Below, in pieces: positions 38,304 to 47,583 of a stretch of DNA of 47,583 nt (the stretch's first letter is position 1; each line of letters starts with the position of its first letter). Made by a program: the position numbers and the translations under genes. Below the pieces are notes generated by a model that saw only the letters and a program-made list of their open reading frames with translations, made no database searches and was not told the DNA's origin. Where the stretch lies: the NCBI GenBank assembly GCA_022844165.1, contig JALHMH010000037.1, positions 1 through 47,583 on the forward strand, read 5' to 3'. The stretch is from Lysobacterales bacterium (GTDB lineage Bacteria > Pseudomonadota > Gammaproteobacteria > Xanthomonadales > SZUA-5).

Positions 38304-38927
38304 ATGCTCGAATCCGTTGCAAGGTCTTTGATGCTGGGTGCCGCACGATGGCTGACTGGCGTACGCGCGGTCTGGCCAGAGGGTGGACTTCCGAGCGGCC
38401 CGTGCGTGTTCTTCGGCAACCACGTCAGCCACGGCGACTTCGCGTTGATCTGGTCGGTGCTGCCACTGTCGTTGCGCGATCGTACGCGACCCGTTGCAGG
38501 TGCCGATTATTGGGAGAAAGACGCGCTGCGCCGTTACGTTGGGCGGCGTGTCGTGCGCGGCGTGTTGATCGAGCGCGACCCGGCAAAGCGCACTCTGGAT
38601 CCGATCGCACAAATGAGCGACGTCTTGCGCGCCGGCGAATCGCTGATCTTGTTCCCAGAGGGCACGCGCAACTTGACTGACGCGCCGCTATTGCCACTGA
38701 AAAGCGGTTTGTTTCATCTGGGCAAAATGCATCCGGAGATACCCTTGGTACCGGTCTGGATCGACAACTTGCATCGCGTTCTGCCCAAGGGCGAGTTATT
38801 GCCGGTGCCGCTGTTGTGCACAGCCCGCTTCGGCGCGCCGATCGATATTGGCAACGACGACAAGGAGACGTTCCTGTCCCGCGCTGCTGCCGCGATGTTG
38901 GACTTGCGGCCCGCCTCAGCACATTGA
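38304..38927 (+). CDS. Lysophospholipid acyltransferase (PlsC family)
   Basis: NHVSHGD (HxxxxD) and FPEGTR. Confidence 0.92.
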   Translation: MLESVARSLMLGAARWLTGVRAVWPEGGLPSGPCVFFGNHVSHGDFALIWSVLPLSLRDRTRPVAGADYWEKDALRRYVGRRVVRGVLIERDPAKRTLDPIAQMSDVLRAGESLILFPEGTRNLTDAPLLPLKSGLFHLGKMHPEIPLVPVWIDNLHRVLPKGELLPVPLLCTARFGAPIDIGNDDKETFLSRAAAAMLDLRPASAH

Positions 38928-38931
38928 TGGC

Positions 38932-39942
38932 TTAGATTGCTGCCAGCCCAAGCGCGGCGACCGTAGGCACCATGCGTCCCGTTTCCTCCGCTTGAGTGCT
39001 GGAGGCGTTGCCCTGCAGCGCCCGTTTGGCGACGCCTTGAGCGATCGCCGCCAGGCGGAAAAAGTTGAAGGCGAGTATGAAGTTCCAATGTTCGACGCGT
39101 CGACCGCTGGCTGCCTCGTAGGCGGCAATCAACTCAGCCTCGCTGGGCAATCCCAGCGCCTCGCGATCCAGTCCCATCAAACCGGGAATCACTGGATTGC
39201 GCGGCAGCCGCAGCGCCATACAAAAGTAACCGAGGTCGGCAAACGGATGGCCCAGCGTCGCCAGTTCCCAGTCGACGATTGCCCGTATCCGCGGCGCGTC
39301 GGCTGCGAAGATCAGATTGTCGATCCGCCAATCGCCGTGCACCAACGAAACCGCGCCATCGTCTGCGGGCACATTTTCGCCCAGCCAATCGATGAGTTGC
39401 TCCATCGGCTCGATGCGATGTACTTCGCTCAAGCGATATTGCTCGCTCCAGCGTTTCAGTTGTCGTGCAAAGTAGCTGCCGGGTTTGCCGAAGTCAGTCA
39501 ACCCCACGGCGGCAACATCGACGCGGTGCAACGCCGCGAGCGTGCGCACGATGGCGTCATAAAAGCTACGTCGCTCGCCGCGCACGACGTCGGGCAGCGA
39601 CGGATCCCAGAAGATTCTTCCTGGTTCATGGCTCATCACGTAAAACATCGAGCCGATGACGGATTCGTCGCGGCACAGAAGCAACCCCTGTGCAACCGGT
39701 ACGTCGCTCGCGGCAAGCGCCAGCAAAACTCGAAACTCGCGATCTACCGCGTGAGCAGAAGCCAGCAGCTGCCCTGGCGGTTTGCGCCGCAGTACGTAAT
39801 GACCACTTCGCGCCGTCAGCAGATACGTTGGATTGGATTGACCACCCTTGAACTTCTGGCTCGTGAGCGGGCCTTCGAATCCATTGAGGTGTTGGGTCAA
39901 ATACGACGCAAGCGCAGTATCGGGGAGAGCGAATGCATCCAT
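38932..39942 (-). CDS. Phosphotransferase family protein (APH fold, ACAD10/11 N-terminal-like)
   Basis: GGQSNPTY, VLRRKP, AHAVDRE, HGDWRIDN, DWELATLGHP. Confidence 0.9.
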   Translation of the reverse strand: MDAFALPDTALASYLTQHLNGFEGPLTSQKFKGGQSNPTYLLTARSGHYVLRRKPPGQLLASAHAVDREFRVLLALAASDVPVAQGLLLCRDESVIGSMFYVMSHEPGRIFWDPSLPDVVRGERRSFYDAIVRTLAALHRVDVAAVGLTDFGKPGSYFARQLKRWSEQYRLSEVHRIEPMEQLIDWLGENVPADDGAVSLVHGDWRIDNLIFAADAPRIRAIVDWELATLGHPFADLGYFCMALRLPRNPVIPGLMGLDREALGLPSEAELIAAYEAASGRRVEHWNFILAFNFFRLAAIAQGVAKRALQGNASSTQAEETGRMVPTVAALGLAAI

Positions 39943-40003
39943 CGTCAAGACCGAGGTATGTGACCCGCGCATGATGGCAGAACAGATTCTGCGGCGGTGT
40001 TTC

Positions 40004-40534
40004 CTATCCCTCGCGCAAGTATTCGTCTTTGAGCTTGACGTAATTTTGCGCCGAGTAATACAGCGACTCGATCTCGGTGTCGGTCAGTTTGCGTACAAAG
40101 CGCGCCGGGTTACCTACCCAGAGCGAACCCTCTTCGACGATCTTTCCGGGCGACACCACAGCGCCGGCACCGATCAACGCGTGTTTGCCGATGACAGCTT
40201 TGTCCAGCACCACAGAGCCCATACCAATCAGGCAACCATCGCCAATCGTGCACGCGTGCAGGATGACACCATGGCCCACGGTCACATCGTCCCCGATCAG
40301 GAGCGGCGCGCCACCGGGCGTATAGCGGCCGTCGTGCGTCACGTGCAGCACCGAGTTGTCCTGGATGTTGCTGCGTGCGCCGATGTCGATGCTGTTCACG
40401 TCGCCGCGCGCCGCCACCAATGGCCAGATCGAAACATCGTCGCCCAATGTGATGCGGCCCACCAATTGCGCGGACGGGTCGACGAACACACGTTGGCCGA
40501 GTGTTGGATAAATGGAACGGAAAGATCGGAGCAT
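40004..40534 (-). CDS. Gamma carbonic anhydrase family protein (YrdA-like)
   Basis: RGDVN, NIQD..VLH, TVGH..ILHAC; hexapeptide repeats. Confidence 0.93.
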   Translation of the reverse strand: MLRSFRSIYPTLGQRVFVDPSAQLVGRITLGDDVSIWPLVAARGDVNSIDIGARSNIQDNSVLHVTHDGRYTPGGAPLLIGDDVTVGHGVILHACTIGDGCLIGMGSVVLDKAVIGKHALIGAGAVVSPGKIVEEGSLWVGNPARFVRKLTDTEIESLYYSAQNYVKLKDEYLREG

Positions 40535-40565
40535 GAGCGAATAGTGGCTGTTGGCGTGTTTGGGT

Positions 40566-41585
40566 TTACGGAAGCCGGCAACAAAACTGTGGCGACCAGT
40601 GTCGATGTTGCCGCGTTCGGGTGACACTGCGGCGCATCACTGCCGTGAGGTGCGTGGGTTTCCATTCGCCGCGGTCGATGCCGCTTTCGTCGCGCGCGTG
40701 GATGGCATCGATTCGGGCGCGATCATCCGCGTTTTCCGGATCGAAGTGGTGACCGAAACTACGATCGACAAACACATCGATGATGTTGCCCCAGGCCAAA
40801 AAAGTGTCGAAGGCAAAACGTTCCTTCAGCAGCGGCAAAATGTCCTGCGCGCGAATTCCCTCAAATCCTGCTACCGAACAGTCCCAGTCGAGAAACGCTC
40901 TCTCGAGGCGTCTAAGCTGCAGGTTGTAGCGGTAGCGCTCAGGTAGCGTAGCCCAGATCTCGCCAACCGCCTGCAGCGCTTCGGGCCAGCGTTGATGGCC
41001 ATTGCGGCCGATCATGTCGCAGGTCAGAAAGACGCCCTCGTCGCCGATGCCCGCATGTATCGCATCGAACAGATGTTCCAGCTCGACGACGTGATGCAGC
41101 GACTGATTGGCCATGACAACATCGGCCCGATCGCGCCAAGTGTTGAAGTCGCCCAGTAGCGGCACAACGACCTCGCTCAGATCCTGAGCCGAAGCATCGT
41201 TGGCGCAGCGGGCGAGCATGGCCGGATTGATATCGAGGCACTCAATACGAACGCCATCGACACCGCGCTCGCGGAGCAGGCCCGCGATGCGTAATTCGCT
41301 GTCGCCGTTCCCGGCGCCCAGGCTCACGACGCGGATGGGGCGAGCCCGTTCGGTGCGCGCGCGCGCGATCTCGCGGGCAAAGAAATCCTCAGGATGCGAG
41401 TAGCCGAATGCCTCAAACATCGGACGCAGATAACGATTCGACCAATAGTGAAAGATCGGCGGAAGATCGTGCACATTGACCTGATCCTCGAAGGTCGCAA
41501 TTTCCGCCTGAAGCCGCGCGGCATAGTCGTCGCCGGCCAGGCGAGCCCTGGCGCGAGCGATCAGCGGGCGAAGACGGTTGAACAT
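40566..41585 (-). CDS. Class I SAM-dependent methyltransferase
   Basis: SLGAGNG motif I; LDIN; NQSLHHV. Confidence 0.8.
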   Translation of the reverse strand: MFNRLRPLIARARARLAGDDYAARLQAEIATFEDQVNVHDLPPIFHYWSNRYLRPMFEAFGYSHPEDFFAREIARARTERARPIRVVSLGAGNGDSELRIAGLLRERGVDGVRIECLDINPAMLARCANDASAQDLSEVVVPLLGDFNTWRDRADVVMANQSLHHVVELEHLFDAIHAGIGDEGVFLTCDMIGRNGHQRWPEALQAVGEIWATLPERYRYNLQLRRLERAFLDWDCSVAGFEGIRAQDILPLLKERFAFDTFLAWGNIIDVFVDRSFGHHFDPENADDRARIDAIHARDESGIDRGEWKPTHLTAVMRRSVTRTRQHRHWSPQFCCRLP

Positions 41586-41623
41586 TCGATTGGGTCTCAG
41601 ATCAGGCGGTTGCGGGTTTGGAA

Positions 41624-43300
41624 TCAGCTTTCGGCCATCGGCACAGTCAAGCCTTGTTGCGCGGCACATTCCCTGGCGATGTCGTAACCGGCATCCAGAT
41701 GCCGATACACACCCATCGCCGGATCGTTCCACAGCACACGTGCCAGTCGCGCATCGGCTGCCTCTGAGCCGTCGCAAACAATGACGATGCCGGAGTGCTG
41801 CGAATACCCCATTCCGACACCGCCGCCATGGTGCAGAGACACCCAGGTTGCGCCGCCAGCGACGGCGCCCATGGCATTCAACAACGGCCAGTCGGAGACC
41901 GCGTCGGAACCATCGAGCATGGCTTCGGTTTCACGATTGGGGCTGGCCACCGACCCTGAATCCAGATGATCTCGACCGATCACGATCGGCGCCTTCAACT
42001 CGCCGCTGCGCACCATCGCATTGAACGCAAGCCCGAGGCGATGTCGTTGACCCAGACCGACCCAACAGATCCGCGCCGGCAGGCCTTGAAATGCGATTCG
42101 TGCGGCCGCCATGTCGAGCCAACGATGCAGATGTTTGTCGTCAGGGATCAATTCCTTGACCTTGGCGTCGGTGCGTGCGATGTCCGCAGGATCGCCGGAC
42201 AATGCGACCCAGCGGAACGGGCCGATACCGCGACAAAACAGGGGTCGAACATAGGCCGGTACAAAACCCGGAAAATCGAACGCACGCGCCAAGCCTTCGT
42301 CCTTCGCCATCTGCCGGATGTTGTTGCCGTAGTCGAACACGGGAATGTTGCGATCCTTGAACGCCAACATTGCCTCAACGTGATCGCGCATGGACGCCCT
42401 GGCGGCAGCCGCCGTGCCTTGCGGGTCGGAAACGCGCTGTTGAAACCAGCGCTCGACGCTCCAGCCGCGCGGTAGGTAACCGTTCACCGGATCGTGCGCT
42501 GAGGTCTGGTCCGTCACGGCGTCCGGCCGCACGCCGCGTTGCACCAACTCTGGCAGTAGCTCTGCGGCATTCCCAAGCAGACCAACGCTGATCGCCCTGC
42601 CCTCGCCTGCGTAACGTTCGATGCGTGCCAGTGCATCGTCCAAATCCGCTGCCTGCTCGTCCAGGTAACGCGTGCGCAGGCGCATGTCGATCCTGCTTTG
42701 TTGGCATTCGATATTCAGCGACGAAGCACCCGCCATCGCCGCCGCCAGGGGCTGGGCACCGCCCATTCCGCCCAGACCTGCCGTCAGAATCCACTTGCCC
42801 GTCAGATCGCCGCCGTAGTGCTGCCGGCCCATCTCGACAAAAGTCTCGTAGGTACCTTGAACGATTCCCTGCGTGCCGATGTAAATCCAACTGCCTGCGG
42901 TCATCTGGCCGTACATCATCAGGCCCTTCCGATCGAGCTCGTGGAAGTGTTCCCATGTTGCCCACTTTGGCACGAGATTCGAGTTCGCCAGGAGCACTCG
43001 CGGCGCATCGCTGTGAGTGCGCAGGACGCCCACGGGTTTGCCGGATTGCACCACCAGCGTTTCCTCGTCGCTGAGTTCGCGCAGGCAGCGCACGATGGCG
43101 TCGTAGCTCGCCCAGTCGCGCGCCGCACGGCCGATCCCGCCATAGACCACCAACGCGGAAGGGTCCTCCGCTACTTCCGCGTCGAGGTTGTTCATCAACA
43201 TGCGCAAAGCCGCTTCGGTTTGCCAATTGCGGCAACTTCTACTGCTGCCCCGCGGCGCGCGAATGTGGCGGCTCGGGTCGCGTCGATCTGCTGTGTTCAT
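41624..43300 (-). CDS. hutU: Urocanate hydratase
   Basis: [50 protein letters not shown]. Confidence 0.98.
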   Translation of the reverse strand: MNTADRRDPSRHIRAPRGSSRSCRNWQTEAALRMLMNNLDAEVAEDPSALVVYGGIGRAARDWASYDAIVRCLRELSDEETLVVQSGKPVGVLRTHSDAPRVLLANSNLVPKWATWEHFHELDRKGLMMYGQMTAGSWIYIGTQGIVQGTYETFVEMGRQHYGGDLTGKWILTAGLGGMGGAQPLAAAMAGASSLNIECQQSRIDMRLRTRYLDEQAADLDDALARIERYAGEGRAISVGLLGNAAELLPELVQRGVRPDAVTDQTSAHDPVNGYLPRGWSVERWFQQRVSDPQGTAAAARASMRDHVEAMLAFKDRNIPVFDYGNNIRQMAKDEGLARAFDFPGFVPAYVRPLFCRGIGPFRWVALSGDPADIARTDAKVKELIPDDKHLHRWLDMAAARIAFQGLPARICWVGLGQRHRLGLAFNAMVRSGELKAPIVIGRDHLDSGSVASPNRETEAMLDGSDAVSDWPLLNAMGAVAGGATWVSLHHGGGVGMGYSQHSGIVIVCDGSEAADARLARVLWNDPAMGVYRHLDAGYDIARECAAQQGLTVPMAES

Positions 43301-43437
43301 CGGGTCGCTCTTTGTGCGGCGGTCGCCCAGTATAGAAGCGCGATGTCGATGTTCGGGAATCGGGACCGGCAAGCCGACCGCGCCGTTCGCCGCGGTAGCT
43401 ACACCAAAACGGCAGCCCGTCGCCGATGCCGCAACGC

Positions 43438-43938
43438 CTATGCAGCCAGTGCCAAACCCTCGTCTGCCGCGAGGTTCGGGCGATAGACCTCATAGACGAT
43501 GACCGGAATGCCAAGCTCGCCCAGATGATGTTCGATGAGCGGCTTCACATCGTCCCAATCAAGGCCGCCGACGCCGGTCGCCAGACGCGGCAGTGCCACA
43601 CTGCTCCAACCTACCTGGCGCACTTCCCTGGCGAGCGCCTTGAGCGCGTGATTGACGTTGGCGGTGCTCGCCTTGCCCGGTTTCGCGCCGTGACCGTAGG
43701 CACCCTCCTGGGTGAACAGCGCGACCAGTCGTGGACCTTCGGCGCCGCCCCAGGTCCACAGCCCGCCGGGCTTTGGGTGCTGACTCTGGCAGTAGTGGCG
43801 AAAGTCTTTGTACATGGCGGGCAGATGTTCGCGCAGCGTATGCGCCAGCCCTTGCCCGAAGTCGTCGTTCGGCGCTACGCCATGCGCAATCGCCTTGGCA
43901 TTGCTCATCAAAATATCTCCGCTCACATAACGAATCAT
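43438..43938 (-). CDS. Macro domain-containing protein
   Basis: AGGAG RBS; [32 protein letters not shown]. Confidence 0.85.
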   Translation of the reverse strand: MIRYVSGDILMSNAKAIAHGVAPNDDFGQGLAHTLREHLPAMYKDFRHYCQSQHPKPGGLWTWGGAEGPRLVALFTQEGAYGHGAKPGKASTANVNHALKALAREVRQVGWSSVALPRLATGVGGLDWDDVKPLIEHHLGELGIPVIVYEVYRPNLAADEGLALAA

Positions 43939-44009
43939 AAAAATCTCCTGGGCTCGTACGCCGCGTTCCTAAGTCGGTTGCAGTTTGCGCGCGTGTGGCA
44001 TGGCCGGGG

Positions 44010-44023
44010 TTGATATGGGTCAA
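44010..44023. promoter_or_regulatory. Candidate FNR/ANR box
   Basis: TTGAT-ATGG-GTCAA, 9/10 match to TTGAT-N4-ATCAA, in the divergent macro-metF intergenic region. Confidence 0.55.
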
Positions 44024-44109
44024 CCTCTGCGATCCGGTCGCTGGAGAGCTTGCGATGCCCACCCACTTGCGGCGAGCATCCAGTCTTCCGATCAGACGTC
44101 TACACATCC

Positions 44110-44931
44110 ATGCTGCCCATCAGTTTCGAGTTTTTCCCGCCCAAAACCGAAGAACAGCGCAGCAATTTGCATCGCAGCGTGCAACGGCTCATCGCTCATG
44201 TTCCGGACTATGTCAGCGTCACCTTCGGCGCCGGTGGCTCGACGCTGAGTTACACCTACGCAACGGTTGCCGAATTGAAGGCACAGCATGGCTTGGATGT
44301 CGCGCCGCACCTGTCGTGCATGGGCGGCACGGCGGCCGAGATTCGCGAGCTGTTGCAGCGATATGTGGAACTGGGCGTCAGGCGACTCGTGGCGCTGCGC
44401 GGCGATTTGCCGTCTGGGATGGCGACAGCCGGCGAGTTTCGGCATGCCATCGACCTGGTTCGCTTCGTTCGCGCCGAATTCGGCGCGCATTTCCGCATCG
44501 AAGTTGCCTGTTATCCAGAGTGCCATCCGCAGGCGCGATCCGCTGAGGACGATCTCAAGCACTTTGCGGCGAAGATCGCGGCCGGCGCAGATGGCGCGAT
44601 CACGCAGTACTTCTTCAACGCCGATGCATACGAGCAGTTTGTCCGCGAAGCACAACGCGCTGGCGTCTCGGCGCCGATCGTCCCCGGCATCATGCCGATC
44701 TCGAACTTCAGCCAGCTCAAGCGCTTTTCAGACCTGTGCGGCGCCGAAATACCGCGCTGGCTGGAAAAGCGCATGCAGAGCTATGGCGATGATGCAGACA
44801 GCGTGCAAGCACTGGGTGCGGACGCTGTCGCGGCGCTATGCCATCGGCTCAAGAACCTTGGCGCCCCAGGATTCCATTTTTACACGCTCAATCGGGCCAA
44901 GGCCACGCAAGCGGTGATCGAGCGGCTGTGA
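44110..44931 (+). CDS. metF: 5,10-methylenetetrahydrofolate reductase
   Basis: [42 protein letters not shown]. Confidence 0.97.
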   Translation: MLPISFEFFPPKTEEQRSNLHRSVQRLIAHVPDYVSVTFGAGGSTLSYTYATVAELKAQHGLDVAPHLSCMGGTAAEIRELLQRYVELGVRRLVALRGDLPSGMATAGEFRHAIDLVRFVRAEFGAHFRIEVACYPECHPQARSAEDDLKHFAAKIAAGADGAITQYFFNADAYEQFVREAQRAGVSAPIVPGIMPISNFSQLKRFSDLCGAEIPRWLEKRMQSYGDDADSVQALGADAVAALCHRLKNLGAPGFHFYTLNRAKATQAVIERL

Positions 44932-45635
44932 TGCAAGCGGTATTCAGCGCCCGGCAGCTGACGCGCATCTACCGAACAGGTGATGTGGAGATTTACGCGT
45001 TGCGTGGCGTCGACGTCGATCTCTACGCAGGCGAGTTTGTGGTCTTGCTCGGGCCATCGGGGAGCGGCAAATCAACGCTGCTCAACATTCTGGGCGGCCT
45101 GGACATTCCGAGCAGCGGTACTGTGCGCTACCAGGATCGCGAACTGACCTTGGCCACTGATGCCGAGCTGACCTTGTTTCGGCGGCGCCACGTCGGCTTC
45201 GTTTTTCAGTTCTACAATCTGATTCCGAGCCTGACAGCACGGGAAAACGTCGAGGTCGTTACCGAGATTGCCGAACGCCCGATGTCGGCCATGGCCGCTT
45301 TAGGTCTGGTGGGTTTAGAGGATCGGGCGGATGCGTTTCCTGCGCAGCTTTCTGGTGGTCAGCAGCAACGTGTGGCGATTGCGCGAGCGATCGCCAAACA
45401 ACCGGACGTTCTGCTCTGCGACGAGCCTACCGGCGCACTCGATTCGCAAACCGGCGTGCGGGTACTTGAGGCCCTGACCGACGCCAACGAACGGCTGGGA
45501 ACAACGACCGTGGTCATAACGCACAATGCGGCGATCGCACAGATGGCGCATCGCGTCATTCACTTGTCGGACGGCCGGATTGCCCGAATCGATCGCCCAA
45601 CCCAGCGCCTCAGAGCAGCGGAGATTCGCTGGTAA
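44931..45635 (+). CDS. ABC transporter ATP-binding protein (LolD/MacB-like)
   Basis: [42 protein letters not shown]; TGATG overlap with metF. Confidence 0.95.
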   Translation: MQAVFSARQLTRIYRTGDVEIYALRGVDVDLYAGEFVVLLGPSGSGKSTLLNILGGLDIPSSGTVRYQDRELTLATDAELTLFRRRHVGFVFQFYNLIPSLTARENVEVVTEIAERPMSAMAALGLVGLEDRADAFPAQLSGGQQQRVAIARAIAKQPDVLLCDEPTGALDSQTGVRVLEALTDANERLGTTTVVITHNAAIAQMAHRVIHLSDGRIARIDRPTQRLRAAEIRW

Positions 45636-45665
45636 GCAAACGTTCCGGTGACTGCCCGCGATTTT

Positions 45666-46763
45666 TCAGCGATTCAGGCGAAGCAACGAGACGTTGTCGA
45701 CGCCACCCTTACCCGACAACCGGCTGAGGCTATTGTTGTCAAAGCGCGCCAATTCAGCGCCGTTGACCAACAGACGGCAGGACCGCGGCGGGCCATCGCG
45801 GCGCAAAAGATCGATGGCGCAAATCAACTCGGCGCCGCGTGCCGTATCAACGAGGACAGCCTCGCTCGACGTGGAGCGCGCTGTCGAGTAGACAAGATCG
45901 AGCACCATCGGAGCCGTTTGTGCGCTGAACGAGGTTGTCGAGAAACTCCACGCGCCCTGCAGTCCTTTGCCATCCGATTCGTACGCGAAATTCAATCGAC
46001 GAATCGAAATGGGCATCAAGTCGAGCGGCGCCAGTATGCCCTCATCAACCGCCTTGCCGAACCACATGACAGCCTGACCGTCATTCAAAAATTCAACGTC
46101 CAAAAGCCCGGTTGGCTCGATACCCTGCGGGCCGCGGTAGATACCCCAGAGCGGCTGACCGCCGACGCTGCGCAATACATCGCCGCGATACACGGAGCCT
46201 GAGAACGGGCCAGCGGACAGGTACCAGGTGGCCGCACCGGATGCCAGATAGGCATTTGCGGTGATCGCCAAACTTGCGCCCTGGCGCTCGAACAAGAATC
46301 CGATACCGGAGCCACTGGTTTGATACTCGCCAGCACCATCGGCGCCCCAGAACCCCGGCTCGGGATCAACCGAGCGCGTACCTGAAGCCTGCACATCCAC
46401 TAAACGAAATGCCAGCAACTTTTGCTCGACGCCCACATTTCGCAACCACAACCGCACGCGGTAATCGCGGGCGGCGGGAAAGCCCGCGGCAATATTGGAC
46501 AAATCCACAATCTGGCTATACGGCGTCAGTGCATCGCCGCACACGGAATCTGTTTGACGCAACGCCAGATCGATGTTCGCGCCGTCGACCGATGGCGGCA
46601 GAAATTGCGGCCCACAGGTATTCGGCCAGGTGCCAGAAACACGCAGTTGCAAGCCTTGACCCGGTTGCGGCGCCGCGGACATCGTTTCGATCTTGTGGTA
46701 CGGCACTTGGGCGCACAAGCCCATCGGCGCAAAAGCCAGGACCAGCAATAGACGATTCCACAT
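45666..46763 (-). CDS. Secreted hypothetical protein
   Basis: GGAGG RBS; signal peptide; 365 aa, beta-rich, two Cys pairs. Confidence 0.75.
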   Translation of the reverse strand: MWNRLLLVLAFAPMGLCAQVPYHKIETMSAAPQPGQGLQLRVSGTWPNTCGPQFLPPSVDGANIDLALRQTDSVCGDALTPYSQIVDLSNIAAGFPAARDYRVRLWLRNVGVEQKLLAFRLVDVQASGTRSVDPEPGFWGADGAGEYQTSGSGIGFLFERQGASLAITANAYLASGAATWYLSAGPFSGSVYRGDVLRSVGGQPLWGIYRGPQGIEPTGLLDVEFLNDGQAVMWFGKAVDEGILAPLDLMPISIRRLNFAYESDGKGLQGAWSFSTTSFSAQTAPMVLDLVYSTARSTSSEAVLVDTARGAELICAIDLLRRDGPPRSCRLLVNGAELARFDNNSLSRLSGKGGVDNVSLLRLNR

Positions 46764-46822
46764 GAGGTCACCTCCGTTCGGTTGGCCGGTTGGTCCGGCT
46801 TTATTGTTCTTAAAGTCGCTCA

Positions 46823-46850
46823 AGAATGTCCGTTGAACGGTATTCGTCAA
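46823..46850 (-). promoter_or_regulatory. Candidate sigma70 promoter with a palindromic spacer
   Basis: Minus strand TTGACG, 16 bp spacer, CATTCT; the spacer holds ccgtt-g-aacgg (46830-46840). Confidence 0.4.
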
Positions 46851-46918
46851 GTCGCTTGTTGTGATGCCTGTCTGCGAGCTAGTTTACTCGCCATTGGCGC
46901 CTCTTGCGTAGTACTTTT

Positions 46919-47583
46919 ATGAACAAAGTCATCACAATTATTCGCGGCGATGGCATCGGGCCTGAGATCAGCGATGCCACGCTTCGGGTCCTGGCGGCGC
47001 TCAATACGGGATTGAGTTTCGAAGAGGCGGCTGCCGGCCTCGCTGCGTACGAAAGCTCCGGAGAACTATTGCCTGCCGCTACGCTGGCCTCGATTTCACG
47101 CACTCGTGTCGCACTCAAGGGTCCGTTGACAACTCCGGTCGGTGAGGGTTTCTCTTCTCTCAATGTCGAGCTGCGTCGGCGTTTTGATCTATATGCCAAT
47201 GTCCGACCTGCGCGCTCGTTCCCGAACACGCGTTCGCGCTATGCGAACATCGATCTGCTGACCGTGCGCGAAAACACGGAGGGCGCTTATCGCAGCGAAG
47301 GTCAGACGCTTTCGGCCGACGGCGAACAAGCTCAATCGCTGATCCAGGTAACGCGGCGCGGCTCAGAGCGGATCGCTCGTTACGCCTTCGACCTGGCGCA
47401 ACAGACCGGCCGCAAGCGCGTCACGATCGTCCATAAGGCGAATATCCTGAAGACGACATCCGGTTTGTTCCTGAAGACTGCGCGCGCTGTCGCTGCCGAC
47501 TATCCTGGGATCGCCTTCAACGAGATGATCGTCGACAACGCCTGCATGCAACTGGTGATGGATCCGCAGCAGTTCGATGTGAT
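46919..47583 (+). CDS. Isocitrate dehydrogenase (isocitrate/isopropylmalate dehydrogenase family), 3' truncated
   Basis: Manual translation, absent from the ORF track: MNKVITIIRGDGIGPEI...ALKGPLTTPVGEGFSSLNV.LR..FDLYANVRP...RENTEG...VHKANILK...IVDN.CMQLV..P.QFDV. Confidence 0.93.
   Translation, partial: MNKVITIIRGDGIGPEISDATLRVLAALNTGLSFEEAAAGLAAYESSGELLPAATLASISRTRVALKGPLTTPVGEGFSSLNVELRRRFDLYANVRPARSFPNTRSRYANIDLLTVRENTEGAYRSEGQTLSADGEQAQSLIQVTRRGSERIARYAFDLAQQTGRKRVTIVHKANILKTTSGLFLKTARAVAADYPGIAFNEMIVDNACMQLVMDPQQFDV

Noticed and set aside
43939-44109. SAH or SAM riboswitch upstream of metF
   Set aside because: Short stems are present, but I could not match the conserved cores by eye. 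An Rfam scan is needed to exclude it fully.
1-47583. CRISPR array, tRNA/rRNA, prophage, integrase or transposase
   Set aside because: None recognised by eye in the intergenic regions or the ORF track.

Overview
A GC-rich, gene-dense chromosomal segment whose gene content suggests a gammaproteobacterium of the Xanthomonadales/Lysobacterales (inference, not tested). About 40 CDS. The left 17 kb is accessory and rich in exported proteins: an outer-membrane/HMA/MerT-like metal trio, a DUF4394 plus DUF4331 pair, a clade-2 chlorite dismutase, an OmpR/EnvZ-like pair divergent from a Spy-like, CSLREA and Tat-sulfatase operon, a desaturase with one in-frame stop, hydrolases and an AAA ATPase. Then come rpsT, a complete fimT-pilVWXY1E minor pilin cluster, a cobalamin-salvage cluster and housekeeping genes (xseB, ispA, ald, hutU, metF, partial isocitrate dehydrogenase). 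I saw no CRISPR array, tRNA, rRNA, integrase or transposase. The most interesting signal is a short peptide, D-[AP]-I-[FL]-x-[TN]-G-F-E, shared by three unrelated exported proteins. It lies at the extreme C-terminus of two Sec-type proteins and just after the predicted signal cleavage site of a Tat sulfatase, so it is a candidate uncharacterised sorting or anchoring tag. All family calls are by eye from motifs; no searches were run.
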